Shown here piece by piece: positions 34,424 through 44,193 of a DNA stretch of 64,000 nt. How positions within the stretch are numbered: position 1 is the first letter of the stretch; every line of letters starts with the position of its first letter. The notes beneath the pieces are model-generated. The model worked only from the letters and a program-made list of their open reading frames with translations, did no database searches and was not told the origin of the DNA. Made by a program: the position numbers and the translations under genes. This DNA is from Aquabacterium fontiphilum. GTDB taxonomy: Bacteria > Pseudomonadota > Gammaproteobacteria > Burkholderiales > Burkholderiaceae_C. The stretch lies in NCBI RefSeq assembly GCF_009909205.1, contig NZ_JAAAPN010000005.1, positions 84,847 through 148,846 on the forward strand. The letters run 5' to 3'.

Positions 34424-34766
34424 TGTATCAGAGTGGGGAGTGTCGAGACGCATCAACGCGTATCTACAACTCCTTTACCCGGTTTGCTTCGATCCTCATG
34501 CAGGACGGCTTGTGTCTGTTCAACAGTGGTATCGATGATGGTGGCGAACAGTCGATTCGAATCACATGCACCCAATCCAGGATGCGAACCCATTTGCCCA
34601 GCCGCACGAAAGCGGCCCATACTGGGGCGGCTGTTGCGGACGATGAGAATGGTTTGCACGATGGTTCCTTGTGAGTCGAATCAGAGCGAGAGTTGATGAA
34701 TGGCCAAGCAGGTCATGCCATTGCATGCTCGACAACATCAAAATCGTAAAGACTCTTTACCTTTCT

Positions 34767-34781
34767 GTCAACACTGTTGAC
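34767..34781. promoter_or_regulatory. Perfect palindrome GTCAACA-C-TGTTGAC overlapping a TTGACG -35-like hexamer, about 50 nt upstream of the HTH gene (candidate operator)
   Basis: Read directly in the AT-richer 34700-34830 spacer. The half-site doubles as a -35-like element, with an A/T-rich -10-like stretch downstream. Confidence 0.45.
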
Positions 34782-34830
34782 GCTGATCTGAGAAAATTCC
34801 ACTCAAACATGTAGTCACTCGTTCACGATC

Positions 34831-35199
34831 TTGAGCAACATCACCATCAACCGACGACGCAATGCGCTCACGCTGTTTCAGCTCTTTGCTGAAGAGGCGT
34901 TAGCCAAGGGCGTTCCGCCCAAAGGCCTGGAGCAGTCCTTCGCACGCCACGTCGAGATCTCACCCAGCATGTGGAGCCAGATCAAGTCATCTCGCCCTAT
35001 TGGCGACAAGATGGCCAGGCAGATCGAGCAGCACTGTGGCAAGCCATCGGGATGGCTTGATGAAGAGCGAGAGGCGGCAAGCATGACGCCAGCCGAGCAG
35101 CATTTCCTGTCTCTGGCCCTTCAGGCCTGGCGCTCAACCAATACGGCGGGGCGCAAGGCGCTCAGAGAGCATCTCAAGAAGCTGCTTACTCAAAGCTGA
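34831..35199 (+). CDS. Small XRE/Cro-like helix-turn-helix DNA-binding protein (122 aa)
   Basis: …VEISPSMWSQIKSSRPIGDKMARQIEQHCGKPSGWLDEE… fits an HTH_XRE-type recognition helix pattern. Sits in the island, convergent with rtcA (14-nt overlap of 3-prime ends). Confidence 0.65.
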   Translation: MSNITINRRRNALTLFQLFAEEALAKGVPPKGLEQSFARHVEISPSMWSQIKSSRPIGDKMARQIEQHCGKPSGWLDEEREAASMTPAEQHFLSLALQAWRSTNTAGRKALREHLKKLLTQS

Positions 35200-36232
35200 C
35201 CAACCATCCTGCTTGCCTGTCTGCCTGCTCACTTACAGTGATCTTGACTGGCAAGAAGCGACGGATCACATCCAGATTGCTCCAAGCATGCTCCGTCATC
35301 TCGCTGGCCACGTAGGCGCCCGGCTTTCCGCTGGCTTGTACGGCCAATGCCATGGGCAGCGCCAGTTGATCAGCCAGGTGAGGCCCCACCGGGGCTTTGC
35401 TCTCCATATAGGCGGACACCTCCTTGGCCAGAAGCCTGGCCACCTTTTCAGAGGTAACCTCCTTCTCGCCAAAGCTGGTGAACACCTCGGTCACGTGCTC
35501 ATGCACCAGTGTGGCCATGAGCGCATTGCCGGGGCCTTCATTCTGGCGCGATGGCATGACACTCAACTGCTCCGCCGCCCAGCCCAATGTGCGGCCCAAA
35601 GCCTCCAGTTCGCGGTCCGCAATGCGACGAGACAAGCCGGGCACGAGGCATTCGCCAAAAGCCGCTTTGTGTGCGCCACGATCTAGCAGATCGAAGGGTG
35701 ACAGGCCTTCGGATGTAGGCTTGATGCAAAGCTCGACCTCGCCTCCGCCTGCTGGATAGAAGCCGTGGCGCAAGAGTTTGCCCTCCAGCGTCACGCCCAT
35801 GCGTGCAAGCAAAGGAGCAAAGGTACGCTCGATGAAGTGCCAGGTCGGCGCCATCGGGTTATGCGTACCGCCAGACAGTTTCAGCGTACTGGGTGCCTTG
35901 GTCTGCATCAAAGCCGGCAACACCGTTTGCACAACCAGCATGCAGCTGCCCGCCGTACCGATGGCAAAGCTGTAGTCACCCGCCTGCGTGGTGCCTGGCA
36001 CAAAACGCAAGGCGGTCGAGCCCAGTTCGGCGCCGTCCACCGTGGCCCCAGAAACAGCTTGGGCAGCATGCACGCAGACGAGGTGCTGGCGCATCAAGCC
36101 AGGCTTGGGACGCTTGGCGCGAATCTGGCTGATCTGTACCGGCTTGCCCGTACACATGGACAAGGACAAGGCGGAGCGCAGGATCTGGCCGCCGCCTTCG
36201 CCTTGAGAGCCATCAATATCAATCACGTTCAT
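35186..36232 (-). CDS. rtcA: RNA 3-prime-terminal phosphate cyclase
   Basis: MNVIDIDGSQGEGGGQILRSALSLSMCTGKPVQISQIRAKRPKPGLMRQHL… near-identical motif order to E. coli RtcA. Start at Met7 of the track ORF. Confidence 0.9.
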   Translation of the reverse strand: MNVIDIDGSQGEGGGQILRSALSLSMCTGKPVQISQIRAKRPKPGLMRQHLVCVHAAQAVSGATVDGAELGSTALRFVPGTTQAGDYSFAIGTAGSCMLVVQTVLPALMQTKAPSTLKLSGGTHNPMAPTWHFIERTFAPLLARMGVTLEGKLLRHGFYPAGGGEVELCIKPTSEGLSPFDLLDRGAHKAAFGECLVPGLSRRIADRELEALGRTLGWAAEQLSVMPSRQNEGPGNALMATLVHEHVTEVFTSFGEKEVTSEKVARLLAKEVSAYMESKAPVGPHLADQLALPMALAVQASGKPGAYVASEMTEHAWSNLDVIRRFLPVKITVSEQADRQAGWLVSFE

Positions 36233-37055
36233 TCTTCTTTTCCTCCACATGGGTCACCACGTCAAACAGAAAGACATCCAGGCCTGAGGTGTCTGGTCGT
36301 GGATCGTGTTCTACCTTGTGCGCCTGCGCCATTTGCAACTCACTTTCGATGAATGCGTGTATGGCTGGCCACCTGGTGCTCGTCGCAGCCTCTCCAGCGC
36401 GCATCTTCACTTCAAGCAAGCGATTGAGTTCGTCGAGAAGGGCATCGTCCCGCACCGTCGCCTGTGCCAGCTCTGCAAAGCGCATGGGCGGTACACCCCC
36501 GCCTTCTCGGATCCAACGTGCAGCCAACAGCGGACGCAGCACATACAGATACTTCTTGTAGCGCACAACCTCTCCCTTGAGGTGCTCCCGAAAGTTCTTC
36601 TTGGCCATCGACACGTAGTGGTGATAGCCGCGAAGCGACGAGAAGCCTGTTTCAGCCAGGCCCCGAAAACGGGTCATGACATCCACGTCCTCCATGTACA
36701 CGATGGGCGAACGCAGCCATTCCAGCAAGGTTGGGTTCGATCGTTTGAGCAATTGCAGGGCTTTGCGCAGATCCCAGCCGTTGATGTCCAGGTCGCCGCT
36801 GATGGGCAACTCGATCACATCACGGTGTGGATCAACCGAGAGATACCAGGCGGGTCGGTTCACGTAGATGAAACGCACGTCGTAGTCGCTGTCTGGCGAA
36901 GCGAATCCCCAGCCTCGGCTGCCCGATTCGCAAGCGAAGAGCACCTTCACGTCGTGCTGGTGCTCCAAAGCTCGCAGGCTATCCATGATCTGTGCCCGGA
37001 CGGCATCGTCCACAGGATGGGCGCTCAGCAGTTTTTCATGTTGTGTGTGGTTCAT
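36219..37055 (-). CDS. Pol-beta-superfamily nucleotidyltransferase (COG3541-like) inserted between rtcB and rtcA
   Basis: NTase motif …FACESGSRGWGFASPDSDYDVRFIY (GS…DxD). Overlaps the rtcA start by 14 nt. 278 aa. Confidence 0.7.
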   Translation of the reverse strand: MNHTQHEKLLSAHPVDDAVRAQIMDSLRALEHQHDVKVLFACESGSRGWGFASPDSDYDVRFIYVNRPAWYLSVDPHRDVIELPISGDLDINGWDLRKALQLLKRSNPTLLEWLRSPIVYMEDVDVMTRFRGLAETGFSSLRGYHHYVSMAKKNFREHLKGEVVRYKKYLYVLRPLLAARWIREGGGVPPMRFAELAQATVRDDALLDELNRLLEVKMRAGEAATSTRWPAIHAFIESELQMAQAHKVEHDPRPDTSGLDVFLFDVVTHVEEKKNERD

Positions 37056-37103
37056 GGTTCCTCCCTGAGCAGCCCTGTTGTCAGAGCCTGTTGCAGAGAA
37101 TGT

Positions 37104-38324
37104 CTATCCTTTGACGCACAGCACCTGCTTGAGTGTGTAAACCACCTCCACCAGGTCCTTTTGCGCTTCCATCACGGCGTCGATGTCCTTGTAGGCCATC
37201 GGAATCTCGTCGATCACGTTCTCGTCCTTGCGGCATTCCACGCCTTCGGTCGCCTTGATCTGATCGGCCACCGTGAACAGTTTCTTGGCCTTGGTGCGGC
37301 TCATCACGCGACCAGCGCCATGGCTGCAGCTCTCGAAACTCTCCGGGTTACCCAGGCCGCGCACGATGTAGCTGCGCGCGCCCATGCTTCCCGGAATGAT
37401 CCCCAGCTCACCCTTCTTGGCGCTCACCGCACCCTTGCGGGTCACGAAGACGTCTTCACCGAAGTGCGTTTCCTTCTGCACGTAGTTGTGGTGACAGTTC
37501 ACCGCTTCCACGTGGGCCTCAAAAGGCTTGGTGATGACCTTGCGCACGGTGGCGACCAGGTTCCTCATCATCACCTCGCGGTTGAGCCTGGCGAACTTCT
37601 GTGCCCAGCTCACGCCACGCACATAGTCACCGAAGTACTGCGCACCTTCTTCGAAGTACGCCAGATCCTTGTCCGGAAGATTCCGCTGATGTTGCTCGGC
37701 GTCCTTCTTGGCCAGTTCGATGAAGGTCGTGCCGATGGCATTACCCACACCGCGGGATCCTGAGTGCAGCATGAACCACACGGCTCCAGCTTCGTCCAGG
37801 CAGACCTCGATGAAGTGGTTACCCGTGCCGAGCGTTCCCAGGTGTTTGCGGTTGTTGGTGTTGCGCAGGCGAGGGTACTTCTCGCAGATGGCTTCGAACT
37901 CATCCACCAGCGTGGCCCAGGCCTGGTCCACCAGTTCAGGCGGGTTTTCCCAGCTCCCTTGGTCGCGTCCGCGCTGCCTGATGGGCGTCATGCCGTGGGG
38001 CACCGCTTTCTCAATGGCCGAGCGCAGAGGGCCCAGATTGTCAGGGAGGTCCTCAGCACGCAGTGAGGTCTTGCACGCCATCATCCCGCAGCCGATGTCC
38101 ACCCCCACTGCGGCGGGAATGATGGCCTTGATGGTCGGGATCACCGAGCCCACCGTCGCGCCGATGCCAAGGTGCACGTCGGGCATGGCAGCGATGTGCT
38201 TGAACACGATGGGCAGACGCGCGGCATTGGCCAGTTGTTGGCGTGCGTCGTCTTCCACGGGGACGCCTTTGGTCCACATCTTGATGGGCAGCGCGCCTTC
38301 TTGCTGTTCGACGTTGTAGTTCAT
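37104..38324 (-). CDS. rtcB: RNA-splicing ligase RtcB (3-prime-phosphate/5-prime-hydroxyl RNA ligase)
   Basis: 406 aa; …MPDVHLGIGATVGSVIPT…, …GTGNHFIE…, …SCSHGAGRVMSR… conserved RtcB metal- and GMP-histidine motifs. GAAGGTGAG RBS. Confidence 0.95.
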   Translation of the reverse strand: MNYNVEQQEGALPIKMWTKGVPVEDDARQQLANAARLPIVFKHIAAMPDVHLGIGATVGSVIPTIKAIIPAAVGVDIGCGMMACKTSLRAEDLPDNLGPLRSAIEKAVPHGMTPIRQRGRDQGSWENPPELVDQAWATLVDEFEAICEKYPRLRNTNNRKHLGTLGTGNHFIEVCLDEAGAVWFMLHSGSRGVGNAIGTTFIELAKKDAEQHQRNLPDKDLAYFEEGAQYFGDYVRGVSWAQKFARLNREVMMRNLVATVRKVITKPFEAHVEAVNCHHNYVQKETHFGEDVFVTRKGAVSAKKGELGIIPGSMGARSYIVRGLGNPESFESCSHGAGRVMSRTKAKKLFTVADQIKATEGVECRKDENVIDEIPMAYKDIDAVMEAQKDLVEVVYTLKQVLCVKG

Positions 38325-38374
38325 GGTGCTCTCACCTTCTGATCAATGTTCTTTCCTTGTGTGCCTTCTCTATC

Positions 38375-38389
38375 GCAATGGGTGTGCCA
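38375..38389 (-). promoter_or_regulatory. Sigma-54 (-24/-12) promoter for rtcB
   Basis: Minus-strand sequence TGGCAC-ACCCA-TTGC matches the TGGCAC-N5-TTGC consensus exactly, about 50 nt upstream of the rtcB ATG and oriented toward rtcB. Confidence 0.7.
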
Positions 38390-38532
38390 ACTTGCTTTGG
38401 TCGGATGGGTGGCCTGTCTATCTCTTTGATTTGAAATGGATTTCTGCTATTTTGGCCTGTACATCAAAAAGCTATCGTTGGTAGATGCGCCTTGCGAATT
38501 AGAATAAAAGATAAATAAATAGCCAAAAAGAT

Positions 38533-40143
38533 ATGGCCAAGAAAACAGTCGTCATTGGGTTTCTGGGGTCGCAGCTGGATGCGGGGCAAGGTGCAGGGCG
38601 CTGGGAGAAGTGGCGGCCGACGGTCTCATTGGCACAGCATGAAGACACCTTGATCCATCGCGTGGAGTTGCTTCACTCGCCACAGCACATCCGCCTGGCT
38701 GAGCGTGTGAAGGAGGACATCACTTCGGTGTCGCCGGATACCGAGGTTCGGCTGATCGAGATGGCGCTTGCCGACCCATGGGACTTTGGTGAGGTGTACG
38801 CCGCCTTATATGACTGGGTGAAGGCTTATCCCTTCAAACCCGAGCGGGAGCAGTATTGGGCGCACATCACAACCGGCACGCACGTGGCACAGATCTGCAT
38901 GTTCTTGTTGGTGGAGGCCGGGTTCATTCCTGGCGTGCTGTTGCAGACATCCCCGCCTCGAAAGCAAACCCATGGGAACCCGGGCACCTATACGCTGATC
39001 GACCTGGATCTCTCACGCTATGACATCCTGGCCCAGCGTTTCGAGCAAGAGCACCGCGATGCGCAGGCCTTTCTCAAAAGCGGCATCCCAACCCGCAACA
39101 AGCACTTCAACGCATTGATTGACGAGATCGAGCGCGTGGCCGTTCGATCCACTGCGCCCATCTTGTTCACTGGCCCGACAGGTGCCGGCAAGTCGCATTT
39201 GGCCCGGCGCATGTTCGAATTGAAGAAAGCGCGGCACCAGGTCAAGGGCCTCTTCGTGGAGGTGAACTGCGCAACCTTGCAAGGTGATGGCGCTGCCTCG
39301 ACCCTTTTCGGACACAAGAAGGGCGCGTTCACCGGCGCGGTGGTCGATCGCCCGGGGTTACTGTGTACCGCCCATGAAGGCGTGCTGTTTCTGGATGAGA
39401 TCGGTGAGCTGGGGCTCGATGAGCAGGCCATGCTGCTCAAAGCCGTCGAGGAAAAGCGTTTCTATCCAGTGGGCAGTGACAAGGAGGTTGCCAGCGACTT
39501 CCAATTGATCGCTGGCACCAACCGCGATCTGCGCCTGGACGTGGCGGCAGGTCGCTTTCGTGAAGACCTATATGCCCGTGTGAACATCTGGTCGTACGAG
39601 CTGCCCGGCTTGTCTCAGCGCACCGAGGACATCGAGCCCAATGTAGACCACCTGCTGGCCAGGAGCGGAGTAGAGATGGGGCGTGCCGTTCGCTTCAATG
39701 CCGAAGCGAAGTCCATGTACATGCGCTTTGCGCAATCTTCAGAGGCTGCTTGGCTGGGTAACTTCCGTGACCTGACGGCCAGCGTGACGCGCATGGCCAC
39801 CTTGGCTGAGGGCGGTCGTATCACCACCGATCTGGTTGAGGCTGAACTGCAGAGGCTGCGATGGATGTGGCAGCGGGCCGATCATGACAATGATGCTGCC
39901 AGCGAGGCCGTGGATCTCAGTCAATGGATTGAGCCCAAGACGCTTGCTGACATGGACCTGTTTGATCGCTTGCAACTGCAGGCGGTGATCGGCGTGTGCT
40001 TGACGGCCAAAAGCCTGTCTGATGCTGGTCGGCGCTTGTTTGACCGATCCCGCGAGCAGCGTTCTGCTGTGAATGATGCCGACAGGTTGCGCAAGTACCT
40101 GGCGAAGTTTGGCTTGAGTTGGCAACTCTTGACGAAGAGATAG
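38533..40143 (+). CDS. rtcR: Sigma-54-dependent transcriptional activator of the rtc operon (N-terminal domain resembling the RtcR ligand-sensing domain + AAA+ + HTH)
   Basis: MAKKTVVIGFLGSQLDAGQGAGRWEKWRPTVSL… (RtcR N-terminal domain); AAA+ sigma54-interaction motifs GPTGAGKSHLAR, GAFTGA, ELGLDEQAMLLKAVEEKRFYPVGS. Divergent from rtcB. Confidence 0.9.
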   Translation: MAKKTVVIGFLGSQLDAGQGAGRWEKWRPTVSLAQHEDTLIHRVELLHSPQHIRLAERVKEDITSVSPDTEVRLIEMALADPWDFGEVYAALYDWVKAYPFKPEREQYWAHITTGTHVAQICMFLLVEAGFIPGVLLQTSPPRKQTHGNPGTYTLIDLDLSRYDILAQRFEQEHRDAQAFLKSGIPTRNKHFNALIDEIERVAVRSTAPILFTGPTGAGKSHLARRMFELKKARHQVKGLFVEVNCATLQGDGAASTLFGHKKGAFTGAVVDRPGLLCTAHEGVLFLDEIGELGLDEQAMLLKAVEEKRFYPVGSDKEVASDFQLIAGTNRDLRLDVAAGRFREDLYARVNIWSYELPGLSQRTEDIEPNVDHLLARSGVEMGRAVRFNAEAKSMYMRFAQSSEAAWLGNFRDLTASVTRMATLAEGGRITTDLVEAELQRLRWMWQRADHDNDAASEAVDLSQWIEPKTLADMDLFDRLQLQAVIGVCLTAKSLSDAGRRLFDRSREQRSAVNDADRLRKYLAKFGLSWQLLTKR

Positions 40144-40217
40144 ATTCGGTTCGCTGTCCGAATCGTGTCACGGACTTCCCTTAGACTGCTGAAAAAAATG
40201 AGGAGGAGCGTGCTGTC

Positions 40218-41549
40218 ATGGCGCTGACGATGGAGGGTGTGATCGCGCTGGCGCCAGACGATGCGTCAGCCAAGGCTGCGCGTGGCTTGACGGCGCCGTC
40301 CAAATGGCCTTTGCTCGGTGCCAATGACCTGGCGGTTTGGGGGGAATGCCAAGGCAGTGGCTCTAAACCGTATCAGACACAGGTGGACTTGAGCGGCCCA
40401 GCCTTTCGGTGCAGTTGCCCGAGTCGCAAGTTTCCTTGCAAGCATGGTCTGGCGCTGCTGTTGATTCAAGTGCAAAGTCCGCAGTTGTTTCAGGGTAAGG
40501 ATGTGCCGGCGTGGGTGGACGAGTGGCTGTCATCCCGCGTAGAGAAAGCGCAGAAGAAGGAAGAGCGGCAGACCCAGAAAGCTGCGGTGCCAGTCGACCC
40601 ACAGGCCGCAGCCAAGCGTGAGGCGCAGCGTTGGCAGCGCATGGAAGTGGCCGCCCAGGAGTTGCAGCGCTGGTTGACTGATCAGTTGACCAGTGGACTG
40701 GGGGCGCTCGACGTTGAATCACTCAAAACCTGGCAGACCATGGCTGCGCGCATGGTCGACGCGCAGGCGCCTGGTTTGGGTATGCGTCTTCGTGATGCGG
40801 CCGCTGGGGTGAAGCAGGGAGAAGACTGGCCCGAGCAGACCCTGGCTCGCCTGGGCATGCTGCAATTGATCTGTGATGCCATGGCACGCCGAAGCAGTTT
40901 GAGCGCGCCCTTGCAGGCTGAACTGCGAACCGTTCTGGGTTGGCCCCATGACAAGGCCGACGTACTGGCTGAAGGTGAACGTGTTCATGATCGCTGGACG
41001 GTATTGGGCGTGGCGACCGATGAGCGTGACGACAAGTTGACAGAGCGCCGCGTGTGGTTGCACGGTGAGCAAACTGGCCGTCGGGCCTGGGTGCTGGATC
41101 ATGCGTTTGGCGGTCGGGGGTTTGAACAAGCCTGGCTGACCGGCACCAGCGTCGAATGCACGCTGGCGTTCTTCCCCGGGGCGAGCGCCCTGCGTGCGCT
41201 GGCCGCGGAGGTGCACGGGCCCCCTCAGTGCGCTGTTTGGCCCAGCACCACATTGAACGAGGAGTGGCAGCGCGTGGCAAAACGCATGGCGGCCAGCCCC
41301 TGGGTGAACTTGCACCCGGTGGTCATCCCGGATGCTGTGCCTTGCCAGTCAGGTGAGCGCCTTGCCTTGGTTGCGGACGGGCGCTCATGGCCGTTGATCG
41401 TGAGGGACACGGACACCTGGACATTCCTGGCGTACAGCGGCGGGCACCCGGTGCAAGTCATGGGAGAGTGGAATGGTCGTGCGTTAAGGCCGCTGACAGC
41501 TTGGCATGCCACTGACGCGTCGGCCGTCTGGCAAGAGGGGGTGGCATGA
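40218..41549 (+). CDS. SWIM zinc-finger family protein (first gene of a five-gene cassette)
   Basis: SWIM CxC…CxH motif …FRCSCPSRKFPCKHGLALLL…; GAGGAGGAG RBS; 443 aa. Confidence 0.8.
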   Translation: MALTMEGVIALAPDDASAKAARGLTAPSKWPLLGANDLAVWGECQGSGSKPYQTQVDLSGPAFRCSCPSRKFPCKHGLALLLIQVQSPQLFQGKDVPAWVDEWLSSRVEKAQKKEERQTQKAAVPVDPQAAAKREAQRWQRMEVAAQELQRWLTDQLTSGLGALDVESLKTWQTMAARMVDAQAPGLGMRLRDAAAGVKQGEDWPEQTLARLGMLQLICDAMARRSSLSAPLQAELRTVLGWPHDKADVLAEGERVHDRWTVLGVATDERDDKLTERRVWLHGEQTGRRAWVLDHAFGGRGFEQAWLTGTSVECTLAFFPGASALRALAAEVHGPPQCAVWPSTTLNEEWQRVAKRMAASPWVNLHPVVIPDAVPCQSGERLALVADGRSWPLIVRDTDTWTFLAYSGGHPVQVMGEWNGRALRPLTAWHATDASAVWQEGVA

Positions 41550-43093
41550 GCAATGTGTGGACGCCACTGTTGCCCGTGGCCATGGTGGGCACAGCGCGCC
41601 AATCGGTGTCGGCGAGCTGGTCAGGCCAGGTCGGCGAGATGATCTCACAGACGCTCGATCGGGCCAGTGATGCGCCCACGGGTGTGTTGCGGGTGGCCGG
41701 GATCCTGTGCATCTGTGGCCTGGCGGGGGCGCAAGGATTGGTCGAGACGGCTCCCTTGCCAAAGGCGGCGCCGGATGATGTGCTGCCTGCTGTTCAGGAC
41801 GGCACGCTGCTTGCGCTGATCGACTGGGCCTTTCGTGACGGGCCTGCGCGGCTGCACCACGAGGTGTGTGTGGCACTGTCTGTCGCGGGGTATCGGTTGC
41901 CCGTTCGTTTGCTGCCCTTGTCGCTCGATCTGGGGCGTCGGTCTGTGGCCTTGCGTTCGGCGTTGCTGCCGATTTTGGGCAACAGAGGTCTGTGGCTGGC
42001 GGCTCAGCGAGATGATTGGCGCTATGCCACTGGCGTGAGCACTGAAGGCACTGGCGAGGCCATCTGGACCGATGGCAACATCGAGCAGCGCAGGGCTTTT
42101 CTGGCCAGTGAGCGGGCAGAGCATCCTCAGGCTGCGCGAGAGCGCCTGATGCAGGCGCTGGCAGAGCTCTCGGCCAACGAGCGGGCGGACCTCGTCACGG
42201 TGCTGGCCCATGAGCTGACGCTGGATGATGAGCCCTTGCTTGATGCTTTGCGAGCCGATCGCAGCAAGGAGGTGAGGGTTGAGGCGCTGAACTTGCTTCT
42301 TCGTTTGCCAGGGGCGGCGCATCCGCAACGTGCCATGGCGCGCATGGCCATGCAGGTCATAAAAGAGCGTGTGCTGCTGCATCAACGCTGGGTGGTAGAG
42401 GCGCCCACGGCCATGGGGGATGACTGGAAGGTCGACAACCTCGACGCACCTCGGCCCCCACATGAGTCCCTGGGCGATCGCGCGTGGTGGTTGTATCAAA
42501 TGGCCAGGCAAGTGCCGTTGCCTTGGTGGACCGAGCATACGGGCATGGAGGCCAACGAGCTGCTCAAATGGGCTCAAGGCACCGACTGGCACGAGGCTTT
42601 GGTGCGCGCCTGGCGCGATGTCTTGATGGCGACTGCCGATCCAGCCTGGTGCGAAGCTTTTTTGAGCCAATGGCCTCAGACCAAACTGCGTGATGATCCG
42701 GCCTCCGTGCTCGCGCTGTTGCCGCGCGAACGACGAGAGCAGCATTGGATGCGCCATCTTCGCGACGCATCAGAGGCCCCCTTGCAGGTGCTTGTGCCGC
42801 AAATGCTCGGTGCGTGCGCTGCTGGCGATACCCTGTCCGCCCCGTTGTCGAAAGCGCTGGCGCATGTGCTGCAGCAGCGCGCGGCAAGCCAGACGCTGAG
42901 CAATGATCAGCATCTGCGGTGGTACTTGCCAGACCTGGTTTGCGTCCTGGACCACAGCGTGCTGAGGCAGATCGATCAATGGCCTCGTCATGTCGACGAG
43001 GCTGCTTCATTCTCCACAACGATGCATGCGGTGACGCAAATCGTGGCTACTCGCCTCGCTCTTCAACAACTCACAACCTCGATGACACCATGA
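41546..43093 (+). CDS. Hypothetical protein (515 aa, Leu/Ala-rich, helical-repeat-like), second gene of the cassette
   Basis: Start overlaps the SWIM gene stop (ATGA) and the end overlaps the next gene start (ATGA). No motif recognised by eye. Confidence 0.6.
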   Translation: MSNVWTPLLPVAMVGTARQSVSASWSGQVGEMISQTLDRASDAPTGVLRVAGILCICGLAGAQGLVETAPLPKAAPDDVLPAVQDGTLLALIDWAFRDGPARLHHEVCVALSVAGYRLPVRLLPLSLDLGRRSVALRSALLPILGNRGLWLAAQRDDWRYATGVSTEGTGEAIWTDGNIEQRRAFLASERAEHPQAARERLMQALAELSANERADLVTVLAHELTLDDEPLLDALRADRSKEVRVEALNLLLRLPGAAHPQRAMARMAMQVIKERVLLHQRWVVEAPTAMGDDWKVDNLDAPRPPHESLGDRAWWLYQMARQVPLPWWTEHTGMEANELLKWAQGTDWHEALVRAWRDVLMATADPAWCEAFLSQWPQTKLRDDPASVLALLPRERREQHWMRHLRDASEAPLQVLVPQMLGACAAGDTLSAPLSKALAHVLQQRAASQTLSNDQHLRWYLPDLVCVLDHSVLRQIDQWPRHVDEAASFSTTMHAVTQIVATRLALQQLTTSMTP

Positions 43094-44181
43094 ATGCGCC
43101 AACCCAACATGTGATGCGCCAGCATGCCGAGCAGCAGTTCGCACAAGAGCTGGATGAATTGCGCAAACAGGACCAGCGACCCAAACCAGAGAACTGGATG
43201 CTGTCACCCTGGGCCGTGGTGCAGTACCTGATGGGCGCCAAGCTAGACAACGGCTTCGAGGTCAGCGCCAAGTACATCGGCTCTGCCCGCTTGATGGAAA
43301 TCGCGGTGGCCACTTTGGCCACTGATCGTGGATTGTTGTTGTACGGCGTTCCAGGCACGGCGAAATCGTGGGTCTCCGAGCATCTGGCCGCGGCCATCAG
43401 TGGTGACTCCACCTTGCTGATCCAAGGCACGGCAGGCACCAGCGAAGAGCAACTGCGCTATGGGTGGAACTATGCCCAGTTGCTGGCCAACGGTCCATCT
43501 GACAAGGCGCTGGTTCCCAGCCCGCTCATGCAGGCCATGCGCAGCGGCAAGATCGCCCGGGTGGAAGAGCTCACGCGCATCCCCGCCGATGTGCAGGACA
43601 GCCTGATCACGGTCTTGTCTGAGAAGACATTGCCTATTCCCGAGTTGGGCAGCGAAGTGCAGGCGGTGCGCGGCTTCAGCGTCATTGCCACAGCCAACAA
43701 CCGCGACAAGGGTGTCAACGAACTGTCGGCCGCGTTGAAGCGCCGGTTCAACACAGTCGTTTTGCCTGTGCCTGGCAATGAAGATGATGAAGTGGCCATT
43801 GTTGTCAAGCGCGTGGCCGAGATGGGGCGGGCATTGCAGCTGCCTGCCGAGCCACCTGCACTGAAGGAAGTGCGACGCATCGTGCAGATTTTTCGCGAAT
43901 TGCGCAATGGCAGAACAGAAGATGGCAAAACGCAGATCAAGTCGCCCAGTGCGACCTTGTCAACGGCCGAAGCGATCTCTGTCATTAACAGCGGTATGGC
44001 ATTGGCTGGTCATTTCGGTGACGGCGTGTTGCGACCCGTGGACATGGCGTCTGGTCTGATAGGCGCGGTCGTGAAAGACCCGGTGCAAGACCAAGTGGTG
44101 TGGAACGAGTACCTCGAAACGGTGGTGAAAGAGCGCAGCGACTGGAAGGACCTCTACCGCGCCTGCCGCGATCAGAGCTGA
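43090..44181 (+). CDS. MoxR-type AAA+ ATPase
   Basis: Walker A LYGVPGTAKSW, Walker B …KIARVEELTRIPADVQDSLITVL…, sensor/arginine …VIATANNRD…RRFNTVV. Start at Met58 of track ORF 42919..44181. 363 aa. Confidence 0.8.
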   Translation: MNAPTQHVMRQHAEQQFAQELDELRKQDQRPKPENWMLSPWAVVQYLMGAKLDNGFEVSAKYIGSARLMEIAVATLATDRGLLLYGVPGTAKSWVSEHLAAAISGDSTLLIQGTAGTSEEQLRYGWNYAQLLANGPSDKALVPSPLMQAMRSGKIARVEELTRIPADVQDSLITVLSEKTLPIPELGSEVQAVRGFSVIATANNRDKGVNELSAALKRRFNTVVLPVPGNEDDEVAIVVKRVAEMGRALQLPAEPPALKEVRRIVQIFRELRNGRTEDGKTQIKSPSATLSTAEAISVINSGMALAGHFGDGVLRPVDMASGLIGAVVKDPVQDQVVWNEYLETVVKERSDWKDLYRACRDQS

Positions 44182-44193
44182 GGTTGCGGCCGA

